In this document: piece by piece, positions 52,845-64,000 of the stretch | Numbering within the stretch: the first letter of the stretch is position 1 | How the letters are laid out: every line of letters starts with the position of its first letter | Assembly (NCBI GenBank): GCA_011109175.1 | Contig: RDEW01000003.1 | Coordinates: 1,689,546-1,753,545 of the forward strand | Reading direction: 5' to 3' | Source of the DNA: Dicyema japonicum | Taxonomy: Eukaryota > Animalia > Dicyemida | Length of the DNA stretch: 64,000 nt | Translations under genes and position numbers: made by a program | Notes under the pieces: model-generated | Databases searched by the model: none | The model's input: the letters and a program-made list of their open reading frames with translations, nothing else | What the model was told of the DNA's origin: nothing

Positions 52845-55800
52845 TTAGCGTGCGTCATGTGGTTCACCGTTTCTGGTGGCGTCGGATAATAATAATAATA
52901 AAAGCCTTTTCACGAGAGCCATAGTATTTTATAGCTCCGCATAGGCAGGACACACACTTTATTTAAGTAAAGAACAGTTAATTTTAACTAATCGTAGAAC
53001 CAAGGAATGATCTTCACTTTTTTTTTCTTCTTCTTGTGTGAGTGTCCTTTCTAGACAATCCAGTTCCGCAGTGAGTATCCACTGATGACGGCGTCACTCG
53101 TCAAACCCTTTCTGCATCGTAAATGCGTGGAACCTTCCACCAGGTGAACAGCAGCGAGATTCGAACCCGTAGCTATGCCACCTGGTGGCGTCGGATATAG
53201 TCCTAAACTATATCTAAAAAGAACCATTTGCTCTCTACCAACCAGAGGATTTCCCACTGGACGGCATTCTCTCACTGTTGGAACATTCTATCGATTGAGA
53301 CTGTTGACCTCAGGAGACGTGAAACAAAATCCAGGCCCAAAGAAGTTAACAATCCAAAGCTTAAACATAAACGGGATCAGAGGAAAGATTGCCGAACTTT
53401 CCTTATTTTTGGAGAGGAACAAAGTGGACATCTGCCTTCTCCAGGTAACGAAGCTTTCAAATAACATTCCTACTCCTCTCTTTAACGGATACAACACAGT
53501 AAGATCCGACCGCCCATCTGGCCAAGGAGGGGGTCTACTGACTCTTGTGAGAAAAGGAATAAAATACTTCAAGAACCTTTCTCTTTACAAAACCTTAATA
53601 GAAGACTCGAACACGGAGATAATTGGAATCTCTATTATAACTTCCATTGGAAAAATTGAAATTGCGAATGTTTATGTTCCTCTTCCTGGCTCCTGCAAGA
53701 AAAATTTCTCCTTTGACCTATCTACCTTGGACAAACTGGAGAACTTGCTTTTATGTGGAGACCTGAATGCGAAGCACTCTTCTTGGTTCCGCTACCAATC
53801 GCTACGAAACCTGCTATTATCCCAAATGCAAAACTTAATAATCATCAACAACCCGAAAAAGAACACTAGGACACTATACAACACGAAGGACATGGTGACA
53901 TCTCCGGACTTATCAATCTGCTCGCCTCGTCTTTCCCGATCATTAATTGGACGGTCCGTTATGACCTCCGGAGTGACCACCATTCAATGATAATGAAGCT
54001 GAACTGCGAACCACGTTTTGTACCGAAGCCTATTCATTTCTATGATTACTAAAATGCAAATTGGACTGACTTTACAAATTTCGTTGATTCAAAACTGCAA
54101 TATTTCCACCCTGAAAATTTCTCCTCCATAGACAAAGCTGTATACTATTTCAACAAAAAATCATTGACGGAGAAAATTTTTATCAGAAAAGCATATATAA
54201 AAAACGAAAAATTGAAATACAACTCAAAAACAAAGAAAATAATTATGGAAAGAAACAACCTTAAGAGAATGATACATCGTTCACGAGAGGTTATTAATCG
54301 AATCAGGTCACTAAACATTCTTATCACGAAAAGCACAAACAACACCCAAAGGAAGAAACTCATTCGAATCTCTGCTGCCATGAATAATCAGACCTCAATT
54401 TCCAACATGTGGAAGATGTTGAGGCGTCTGAAAAACCCAGAATACGAAGATAACAAAGAACAATGCCAGCTCAATCTGAATAAATTTATGAAACATTGTA
54501 TTCGAATCAGTCACATTCCTTATAAAAAGATTAACACACAAACGAAAATAAAGAGAAAGTTATCCAAAATGGCCCCGCTGACTTATTTTCTCCTAAAGAT
54601 GTATCCAAAGCAATATCAAATCAGAAAAAAACAAACTCATGTGGCCCAGACGGAATTCCTCTTATTCTGCTGAAACACTTGGGCCCAGCATCAATAAATG
54701 CATTGACAATCATCTACAACACATCGCTAAACATAAATACCATACCGACTTTATGGAAACTATCAAAAATTCGTCCAATATTGAAACCGGGAAGACCGAA
54801 GAACGATCCCGGCTCTTACAGACCAGTTTCCCTTATATGTGTTTTGTGGAGGATCCTGGAGAAACTGGTCCTGAAACTTATTCGCCCTTCTCTCCCACAA
54901 CCTACATTCCAACATGGCTTCAAGGAAGGATTACCAACAACCTCCTTCCTAACAACATTAATGAAGTTTATAACTGAAGGACACAAGAACAAGCCAAAAC
55001 AGGAAAAATCGGTCATATGTACGAACATTCAAAAAGTATTAGACTCTGTCCCAAGAATGATCCTCATACAAAAATTGATGCACCACTAAAGTTATGGATA
55101 GCAAATTTCTTAAGTGGACACCGAGGGAAAATGTCATCGGAAACAAGAGTTCCAGATCGGGATTATTACCCAATGGTGTACCTCAGGGATCTCCTTTGTC
55201 ACCAATCTTCTTTAATTTGTTTTTGAATGATCTCTCCCGTACCCATGAATAATAATGACATGCTACTTTCCTATGCCGATGACATAGTTGTCGCATCTAA
55301 GACGTAAATGTCATGCTAAAGAAAGACTACAAGGAATACTAAATAACATATATTGGATGGTTGTGCGAAATCGATTAAATGCATATTCCCAAAAGTCAGC
55401 AGTCACTCTATTTACTAAGAATAGAAAGATGGGAACGCAAACAATTGATGGCACTTTAAATGGAGTACCTATACCACAAAAGACATCGCAGAAGATATTG
55501 GGAGTAACTTTTGATAATTTCCTCTGCTTCTCAGCCCATGTGGAATCTATCATATCAACCTGTGCAAAGAAGATCAATTTTGTCATAGCCTTCCTTTGGA
55601 ATAGTGGAGGAATTTATCCGTCAGGTATCGGGACCCTTACAAGCAGTATGTCGAGCCAACAATAGGCTATGCATGTGCTGCATGGGGATCTAACCTGTCG
55701 GAAACGAACCTAACAAAAATTTAAGAGATCCAGTTAAGAGCAAAAAATTACTGGAAAAATACAGATAAAGAAATTGCCCCAAACTCGAGTCTATCATAGA

Positions 55801-55970
55801 GGCAACTGGAGGCAATTTCAAAGAGGAGGAAAAATACCCCCGTCCGTATAGAAAATGTGTGGGATCATGGTCAGAGCATCGAGAAAAAATGGCCCGATTA
55901 TTGAAAGATGGCGGGATCACCTGAATATTAGTTAGTGGTTAAGACGGTGTTTCTTTGGCTTAAATAATTT
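52845..55970 (+). mobile_element. Full-length Ingi/Vingi-like LINE: 5' fold, leader, 2A, APE, RT, GIT* 3' module
   Basis: ATG 52857; SGDVKQNPGP at 53310-53339; SLNINGIRGK, CGDLNAKH, YRPVSL, YADD; ends GGGATCACCTGA. Confidence 0.92.
52889..53181 (-). mobile_element. tRNA-derived SINE-like insertion inside the LINE 5' fold
   Basis: 16-bp TSD CTGGTGGCGTCGGATA (52873-52888, 53182-53197); B-box GGTTCGAATC; internal A-rich tract; (TTA)n tail. Confidence 0.75.
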
Positions 55971-56542
55971 AATATTACGCCTTTAATTTCTGTCCAAAAC
56001 CAGACATACTTGACGGATCTCTGCAAACGTCAGATTTTGATAGTAACTTTTTGTTTTCTTCACTTGGACAGAGTGGGGGTAAATAATAATCTGCTTATAG
56101 ACAGAGTGGGGTAGATAAATCATCTGCTGCTTTGAGCGAATGTCGTTCACCATCCTGAGAAGGAATAGCCGCGCAGTCAGGGTGGCGGCTGTAAGACCAT
56201 TTGTTCACCTTTTTCATTAATAAATATTTTATTTAAAAATAATAATCAATATATTGACGCACAAAGTGACAGAACAGCAGGTCATTAGAAGGGAACAAAT
56301 CCAACAAGTTTCAATTTGTCTAAATTCAGATTGCGTGCTACACTCGATCGGGTTTAGGAAGGCAAATTTCATTATGAAAACGAATGACTCACTGTGGTCC
56401 CCCTCTTAATGTATTTCAGTTTCCACGACCTGAGTGAAACTAATCCTTTCAATCCCATATTCGCCGTTGTGAGAACCTGTCCACTGAAGTAAAAAAGAAA
56501 GGGATGTCGTTCAGAAATAAAACGTTTGTAAATGTTACTGTC

Positions 56543-56616
56543 AATTTTCGATGTGGTTCACCTTCACGTGGAGAAAATTGGATACCAGTTTCAATCTGGC
56601 AACTAAAAGAACCACA
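56543..56616 (+). ncRNA. HDV-like self-cleaving ribozyme (near canonical) at a LINE 5' end
   Basis: P1 AAUUUUC/GAAAAUU; P2 UGUGGUUC/GAACCACA; P3 ACC/GGA (one mismatch); L3 UUCACGU; GG for P1.1; P4 CCAG/CUGG; J4/2 ACUAA with the catalytic-position C at 56603. Confidence 0.8.
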
Positions 56617-57250
56617 ATTATTCCCCTGTCAATTTTTTCAACGACCTCTGGGAAGTCGGACTAAATGATGGCGGCTATTGAGCGGGCATGTAGCTTTCGC
56701 TCCCAAAGATCGGATTGGCTAACAGAACCCCGGGCCACATAAGAACGGCAATTTCCTCAATATCATGCAATTCTACATAAAAGGCCTCACACAAATCAAC
56801 TTTTTGCATTTCAAACTTCCCGCAAAATTGATATTGCCATGCTACAAGAAACGAAACTATCAAGAAATTCAGTGCTTCTACACTACAAAGACTACTCAAT
56901 TGTTAGCCGTGATCGATAGAATTCAAACAGAGGAGGCGGTGTTCTCATACACAAATCCATTCCATTCTCCGATACTTCCGCTCAGACACAAGCTCTGGTG
57001 AAGATGACGATCACATCGAACTTCTTCCGTCTTGGTGAAAATAAACCACACAAGGTGTACATTTGTAAATATTTACATCCCGCCACCAAGTCCCAGTATG
57101 AAACATTACTCCCCAAAATAACCGAATTGCAATAGATCGAAAATGTGATAATCTACGGAGACCTAAATGCAAAAGATCCGCTCTGGCTAATCGGCCAAAA
57201 GAGTAATGAGAGTTCCCACGGTTGCAGAACCGGAGATCTTCCAATATTAC
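56543..57250 (+). mobile_element. 5' part of an Ingi/Vingi-like LINE (ribozyme, interrupted 2A, APE)
   Basis: LLSGHV[27-nt insert]EQNPGP, then NIMQFYIKGL, MLQETKL and IYGDLNAKDP. Confidence 0.85.
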
Positions 57251-57681
57251 ACGCAAATCCATCCATAAAAGCGAAAAGAAAAGAAACACGTGAGCATTAT
57301 TTGAGACGCGAGATCTTAACCACTAAACTACCTAGTCTCCTTGGTAACACAATTATAACTTTGCATTTGTTTTAGTCGTCTAACCAGGCTTTGACGACAA
57401 AGTTCGCATTCTTCGAGCAATTCCAGAGGCTGTCAACTTAGTCACGTCCGAAAACAATGACTGAGTTTCTACTAACGCCACCAAAAACCTTGACGTCAAC
57501 AAGTCTTCAGTCAAAGTTCCCCTACCTCCAAGAACTTCGTGTCTACTTTATGGGCCTCCGCTCTGGAAGTTTTTGATAGTTACTTTCCTGTTAACCCCCG
57601 ATTTATTACTATTATTAACCACGGATGCATCGAGAAAGAAGTAACAGTCAACAAGTAATAAAGTGTATCCAATTCCCACTG

Positions 57682-59033
57682 TCACTGATAGAGTCCTTCC
57701 AATATCATACAAGTCCATCCAGAACCAGCATTAAAAATAGAAGAACTATCACATAACGCCACTTTGTTAGAAAAGGGAAGAGGAGGAACAGAAGAAATAA
57801 ATTGAAATCTTAAATCAAATAGCCCCATGGCACCGACTAACTTTGGAACTACCGCCGGTTTCATTTACTAGAAGGGACTGTAAATAATAAAAAATTGTCA
57901 ACTGTAATAATAATGAAGATGTTACTTATTTGAAGGAATTAACTAAAATAGAATCAGTTAATTCGTCTCCTTTTTAAACCAGACCCAAACACACTTGCAA
58001 GCTCTCGTAGTAAATAGTTTGGATCATATGGTTAATGCGACTGGAGCAATTTTCGGGCTGAGGATTAGTGCGAGTGAACCCTGTCCTTACCTTGGATGTG
58101 CTGGAACACAGTCTGAACACTAGCAAAAAATGCGAACAAATCACCTGAATTTTTTCGTTTTGGTTATGACGGTGTTTTCTGATTCATTAAATTTAATCCC
58201 GAGTTGAGTTTTATAATTCCTGTATTAAAATTACGAGTAAAGGAATCCTCAAGTTTTATTTTTGCAAAATGATTTATCGATTTTTCCACGTGGATTTCTA
58301 ATCGTGAATTGATACAAAAATCCACGTTTTTCCTACATTGTGATCTCTTTTAAAACTAAATTCGACCTTTTCCCGCTTTAATTACCTTTCTTAGCGAAAG
58401 TTGTGTAAATATTACTAAAAAGCTTGACACTGTCAGAAGCATCATGATTTGTATTACTAACCATCATCAGCCTCCCTTCTTTATCACTCTGAAATTCAGA
58501 AGAATGGATCCAATTTACTCCATCAGTGACAGAGGCCGCAAACGATGTCCCAGGCTACTATAAATTCTTCGGGACAAAGATTTCTTTTAATTCGATTCAC
58601 TTCACCCTCATTCTAGTAGAGTGGGATCAGGTCATCAACTCGCCCCAGGTGACATCCGATGGCAGGCTGGCATGTAAGTTATCCCTACTCTATTGGATCA
58701 TTCCACGGAGGAAGGGTACTACAATTGGGGGATTCTTTCCCTTCCTCTAGTTCGAGAAGAGCATGTGGTCAGACAATCTTACATAACCTTAAATAATTCA
58801 AATAAGAGTTAAATAAATGAAAATAATAATTGTCATATGATTACGCATCCCTTAGACCTATAGGGGTTAACAGAATCTTTAAATCCGTCAATGAGATGGT
58901 CATTCTTTCGATTATTGAGACAGTATTCCTTCAAATCATTCAAAGTTTTTGAGGTTGGCTGTCTTTGTAATTCATCCTCAGCTTTTAACCAGGTCATAGG
59001 ATCAATTGGTTGAAAATTCGACGTTTCGTCCAT
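57682..59033 (-). CDS. Probable orphan multi-exon gene, structure unresolved
   Basis: ATG exon 58833-59033 follows an AT-rich promoter-like region, with several short GT-AG intron candidates downstream. I could not assemble one clean frame. Confidence 0.35.
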
Positions 59034-60240
59034 CTAAATTTAAAATATAATAAAAAAGCAGTTATTATAGTTAAATATTGTGACTATAAGAGAAAATAAG
59101 CTTAAAGAGAAAAAACAAAGGTACAACAAAAAGCTAATTAAATTAAATAAGCATAATTTATTTAATTTTTAATATATTTATTCATTTCAAATTATAAACA
59201 TAGATTTATTTAATTATAATGTTTCTTCTGTATACTGCAAATAGTGACTTTAAATGATGTTAAGTCACTTATTAAATCCTCATGGGTTTCCTAGTTCCTT
59301 GCAGAAACGTCGGAAACCCTGGCCATTCTTCAACGTCGCCTCTCCTGAAAGCAGACTGGGGACAGATGTGGAGTCTGATTGTACGTGCCTAATGATCTTC
59401 CGTCTGAGAGAATTCACACGCTCCACCCTCGTAGAAGGAATGGCGAATCTCCAGGCAGAACAGGCATATTCAATCGTCGGCGCAATAACTTGGAGATATA
59501 CTTTGCTGATACAAGCAGTAGGAGGGAAGGGGTCTTCTTTACGATGGCTTTTAGGATGTTCCATTTTCGAAGACCCTTGGTGAACACCTACTCCGTCATC
59601 AGAGATTCAAAAGTTACTCCAAGCATCTTCTGGATTTGTGTATAAGGGATGGGAATGTTTCCGAGGAATATCTCAAGTCCACTTTTAAATTGTGTGAACT
59701 GAGACTTAAATGCAGACAGCAAATTCATGGATAGCCAGTCACACACCTGGTTGAGGCGTGACTGAACCACCGCCACAGCCCTGGAGGGAGATTTGTCTCT
59801 TGCAGCGATAATCAAGTCGTCTGCATAAGATAAAAACATGGTGTCCTGATCATTAGTAGTAGGTAAATCGTGTAGAAATCTTGATTTTGAAGTGGTTTTG
59901 TCAATCCGGACCCTTCCGCGTCGCCCAGTTAAACAATTTTTCAGCCATAGCTTGATGTTCAAATGTAAGTCGGAATTAAAAATCTTTTGCGTCAAGAGTT
60001 TCCTCGGAACAGAATCAAAGGCCTTCTGTAAGTGTATTCTCATGTTGAAGCCGTCAGTAATAAACTGGGAGATAGAACCCAAATGAGTCGTTGTAGAACG
60101 GTCTGCCCTGAAACCATGTTGGGACTCTGGTAGATGTAGAACAGGAGAGATGCGCATTAACACAAGCTTATCCTTAGAATTGCCGTAATTAGGGAGTTTT
60201 TCCATATATTAGGTAGCGTATGGTAGTTGATAAAGTCGTT

Positions 60241-63145
60241 TTATTTATTTATTTTAATAACCCCAGGAACACAGAGAAAGAAAGACAAAAGAGTCAACAG
60301 TTAGGTGATCCCAGTCCTCGCAATCACTTGTGCCATTCGACGTCTGTGATCTCCATCGTCCCCACTACTTTCCGGAAGAGCCTTCTCTCGGTCTTGCAGA
60401 GGAATCCGATCGGGGAGGGGAATTTCTTATCCAATCGGTTTTCTCTTGCCATGGGAAGGATCAGGCGAAGCGGATTTCCATCTTCCTCACAGACGCGAAG
60501 AAATCCGGAGCCACGACTACGGATCTTAGCTTCCATGAGTAGTGGGTCGACTGTTGATCCATTACGTGGGCAAAGCATACTGACTGTTTTCCGGTATATC
60601 GAGTTGATTCTTTGGACCATAGACTCCGATAGACCGAAACTCCATGCAATGGAGGCATACTCAATGGCAGGCGAGATTGTTTGTTGGTAGAGGGTAGAAA
60701 CGGAAAAGTCCATGTTCCTCGTGGTCCTCCGAACAAGGGCGGCCCCTGGTGATCATGTCTGTTGCGTGGGAGTTGAATTTGAGAAGGCTGTCGTACTTGA
60801 CTCCAAGGACAGTGGGGGACCTTGTCACTGGAATCCTAGTGGGACCAATGAAAAGACTCGGTTCATCCTTGGAACGACGGTCCGACGTGAATGTGGAACA
60901 GATAGACTTGGTTGCAGAAATCGTTAGTCGATTGCCACAATCCAATCGTGGAGAATGTTCAATTTTGTCTGAGTTTTAAGGGATGCGACTTGAGTCGAGC
61001 GGTTCCGTATTGCAATGACTACGTCGTCTGCGTAGGATAATAACAGGGAATCTTCGTCTCCATCATTAGGTAGGTCGTGTAGGAAAAGGTTGAATAGAAT
61101 TGGTGAAAGTGGAGACCCCTGGGGTACCCCGTTCGGTAGTAATCGTGATCTAGATCTGAGATCACCACTGACTACTCTTCCACGTCTTCCAGACAAAAAG
61201 TTGGCCAGCCATAATTTCACATTCGGACGAATATTAGTAGAAAAATTTTTCCAACCAAGATTTTCCTCGAAACAGTGTCAAAGGCTTTGTTGATGTCAAT
61301 AGAAACCAAGATTGTGCGTTTGTGAGGCGGAGGATGGGTGTTAAAACCGTCGGCAATGAACTGCGATAAAGTTGCCAAGTATGTAGCGGTGGACCTACCG
61401 CGGAGGAAACCATGTTGAAATATAGGACGCGGAAGATACGGAATAATGACTGATAATACAAGTTTCTCCATAATTTTTGACAGTGTGCTGGTAACGGAAA
61501 TAGGCCTGTAGGATGCAGGTTCTGTCTCTGGTTTCCCAGCCTTCAATATCGGTCTGATGATAGAATTCTTCCAAATCTTAGGAATAATATTATAGTTAAT
61601 GGACAGATTGTATATATGCGTGAGGTAGCCAATTGCGTAGTGGCTTAGGTGTTTTAGGTGAATAGAAGATACTTTGTCAGGCCCGCACGCCCGTGAGCTC
61701 TTTAATCTGGTGATCACATCCAAGACTTGGTCATCTGTGAATAGTTCGTGATAAGGTTCCTTCTTCGGTTTATGGGCACGCACCTTAATGTCCAGGTGTT
61801 TCGAGAATGGTTTGAAGCTAATTCCAGCGTAATGTTTCATAAGGATGTTAGGATGTAGGTGGCATAAGTGTTCAGGAAAGACTTTCCGGTTCCGTCTGCA
61901 TCATCCAGCTCCGACTTGACTTGTTTAAGAGTTTTCCAGAAATGTCGGGATGTACCCTGTCGAGGTGGTTAACTAGATGCTGCCATCTTGTCCTTGTGTT
62001 CTTTTATGCTCTGACAGATCCTTTTATTCAGTTGTCTGAGGGCTGTCAAAGACTTCATGTCCAACAGATGGCATCTCTTCAGCCGGTCTCTTTGTTTTAT
62101 AAGACTTATTGTATAAGAGCTGAGGGTAGGAATAAACTTCTTGTATGACGATATAGGAATAAAAATATGGTCAGCTTTCTGAATGGCAGCGCTGATAATT
62201 TCTGCGGCCTCATCAATAGAGCGTATTGGGGAGGATAATCTCCGAGCCAAGAATTTATCCACAAGGTTACTGAAACCAGACAAGTCAACCTTCGTATAAT
62301 CCTTGAATCTTTTTGATTCCGCCGGTCGTCTCCTGTATCGTCGAAGACCTCTCAGTTTTAGAAGGATTGGATTGTGGTCACTGGAGAAGCCGTAAAAGAC
62401 GTTCCAGGAAATGAGTCCAGCCAGAAAAGGTGAGCATAGTGTTAAGTCGGGGGATGTGCAGCTATCAGTCATCCTTAATGGGGTCCTCGTATGTGAGTTA
62501 GGGTTGTTCAGTATAATCAGGTCAGGAAGATAATTTGCAATGAGTTCTCCTCGGTTATCGGAGGATTGGGAAGTGAGCCAAACTGGATGTCGTGCATTAA
62601 GATCCCCACATAACAGTAGGTTTTTTAATGTTGAAAAATCAGGGGTGTAAGATGACGGACACGATCCTTGTGGAGGAATATATAAATTAGCCAAATGGAT
62701 CCAAAAGGACGGGAATAACTCGATTTTGACAGTAATCTGTTCCAAAGTCTTGTCGGAGCCAAGAAGCTCTGAGGTTTGTTGAGTTGTATCCATAAAAGGA
62801 ATATCGTTCTTTATAATAGTAAGTAGTCCTTCTCCGCGTCCTCCCTGACGATCTTTACGGATCACTGTGTATCCGGGAAAACTTCCTGATCCCATTCGTA
62901 TTCAGTTGTATAATTGTAAAACCTCTTCATGGACCAGGATTGGTTTCGACGTCCCCACATTGAAGAATCAAAAGTCTGGATAAATGGGGACACCAGACAG
63001 GGTCGAAGACACAGAAGATGAGAGGACCACCGGACGGTGGTGAGAAGCTGTTGGCTCTTTTCGTTTCATTTTGGAATGGGTGACACCGTTTCTGGTGAGC
63101 CACATGACACCAAGCTAACATTATTTAGAAGCCTCTGAATTAACC
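60241..63145 (-). mobile_element. Full-length 2.9-kb Ingi/Vingi-like LINE with 6-bp TSD
   Basis: TSD GTCGTT (60235-60240, 63146-63151); 5' fold; 2A QCGDVETNPGP (core 62930-62953); APE 61969-62895; RT 60924-61840; GGGATCACCTAA 3' module and (TAAA)n tail. Confidence 0.93.
63052..63113 (-). ncRNA. HDV-like 5' fold with non-canonical L3
   Basis: P1 GGUGUC/GUCACC (one mismatch), AUG, P2 UGGCUC/GAGCCA, P3 ACC-AGAAAC-GGU, P4 CAUU/AAUG, J4/2 ACGAAAA. Confidence 0.6.
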
Positions 63146-64000
63146 GTCGTTGTACAGTCTTGATAGTGTAGCCCGTGCCTGAGGTCCAAGGTGTTTGAAG
63201 TGAATAATGCAAATACCGTCGGGACAAAAAGCACGAGTGGGATGTAGCAATTTAATAGCTTTGTCAACATCATGGGGGGTGAAGAAGGTGGAATACGGTT
63301 CTTGTTACGGTCGGCGCCGTTCAACAAGTGAGAACGAGAAAAATCTATATGGCTGATAGTACTTTATAATTTTGTTTGCAAGTTTGCGTGCGGGTTCCGA
63401 AGCGTTGCGGGTGACGGCCTCAGTTCCGCGGTTCTCCATTGATAAGGTTATCGATCCTTCTTAGCGTTTTCCAAAATGTGGCACAAGAGTTTTTGTGACA
63501 TAGTCGTCCAACTAGGCGGCTCCGTTTGAGTTTGTTGTTAGTTCGGATAAGCTCAGATAATTTGGTATTCAGTGAACGTATGGAGTAGAATGAGTTATGT
63601 GTTCTTTTCCTCTTCAGCGCATCTCGTTTCTTGATTACACAATTTGAGATGATAATCTTGGATTGAACTTCTTGTAAGAGGCGACAGGTATAAATAGTTT
63701 ATCAGCTTTCAAAATGATAGCAGACAGAATTTTGGCCGTCTTCTCTACTGTACAATTAACCATAGTAAGGTCAAGGAGACTATTGTCCACATACGTCCTG
63801 AAACCTTGTCAGTCAGTTTTCAAGTAATTTTTGAACTTTGTAGAACATCACTGTGAACAAATAGAATACATCCAGCCATAGAAGGAGAGCATAGGGACAG
63901 GTCAGAGGATGTTGGACCGTCCCTTCTGAGGGACGGGGTCCTTGTGTGAGCGTCCGGGTCATTGAGGATAGTCAGATCGTTAAGTAAGGAAAGGGTATAC

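Larger units (their letters stand above)
59270..64000 (-). mobile_element. Older Ingi/Vingi-like LINE (63146-64000 + 59270-60240) split by a younger full-length LINE
   Basis: Joining the flanks across the TSD restores KHLGPQARATLSRLYND|FINYHTLPNIWKNSLITAIL. Confidence 0.85.

Noticed and set aside
53077-53135. Hammerhead-like CTGATGA-stem-AAAC on the + strand
   Set aside because: The G of GAAA is missing, and there is no stem III or NUH cleavage triplet. The segment is better explained as the antisense of a SINE body.
62927-62929. Programmed stop or TGA reassignment right after NPGP
   Set aside because: Other copies have sense codons there, and host genes end in TGA (SF3B2, DHX35, SNRNP25). 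A point mutation is more likely.
63119-63145. GGTTAATTCAGAGGCTTCTAAATAATG as a trans-spliced leader on the LINE
   Set aside because: It is SL-like in size and 5' start, but it is not shared by the other full-length elements and does not match any SL I know. It is more simply upstream or 5' UTR sequence.

Overview
AT-rich eukaryotic, most likely animal, genomic DNA. Its spliceosomal GT-AG introns are ultra-short (mostly 21-30 nt), a size class known from reduced parasites such as dicyemids and myxozoans; the taxon is not provable from this window. Host genes I can reconstruct by hand are SF3B2, DHX35, a bZIP factor, SNRNP25 (U11/U12-25K), eIF2B-gamma, a divergent calnexin/calreticulin-like gene and a few orphan multi-exon genes. 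They sit in a dense, nested mass of decayed transposons: Ingi/Vingi-like single-ORF LINEs, CRE-like, R4/Dong-like and RTE-like retrotransposons, Tigger/pogo, MULE, hAT, MITEs and a tRNA-derived SINE. The most interesting signal is a 5' module shared by five divergent Ingi/Vingi-like LINEs. It is an HDV-like double-pseudoknot fold with a covarying P2 stem whose J1/2 strand contains the ORF start codon (AUG-UGG). The fold itself therefore appears to be translated into a leader peptide that is followed by a 2A/StopGo motif just before the APE domain. One copy (56543-56616) is a near-canonical HDV-like ribozyme; the other four keep the scaffold but have lost the catalytic L3/P1.1 signature. Also notable: a shared GGGATCAC-stop 3' module in about 14 LINE ends, two different LINE 3' ends inserted back-to-back inside one 16-bp TSD, and a template-jump duplication at the 5' end of a full-length LINE. 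All alignments and folds were done by eye.
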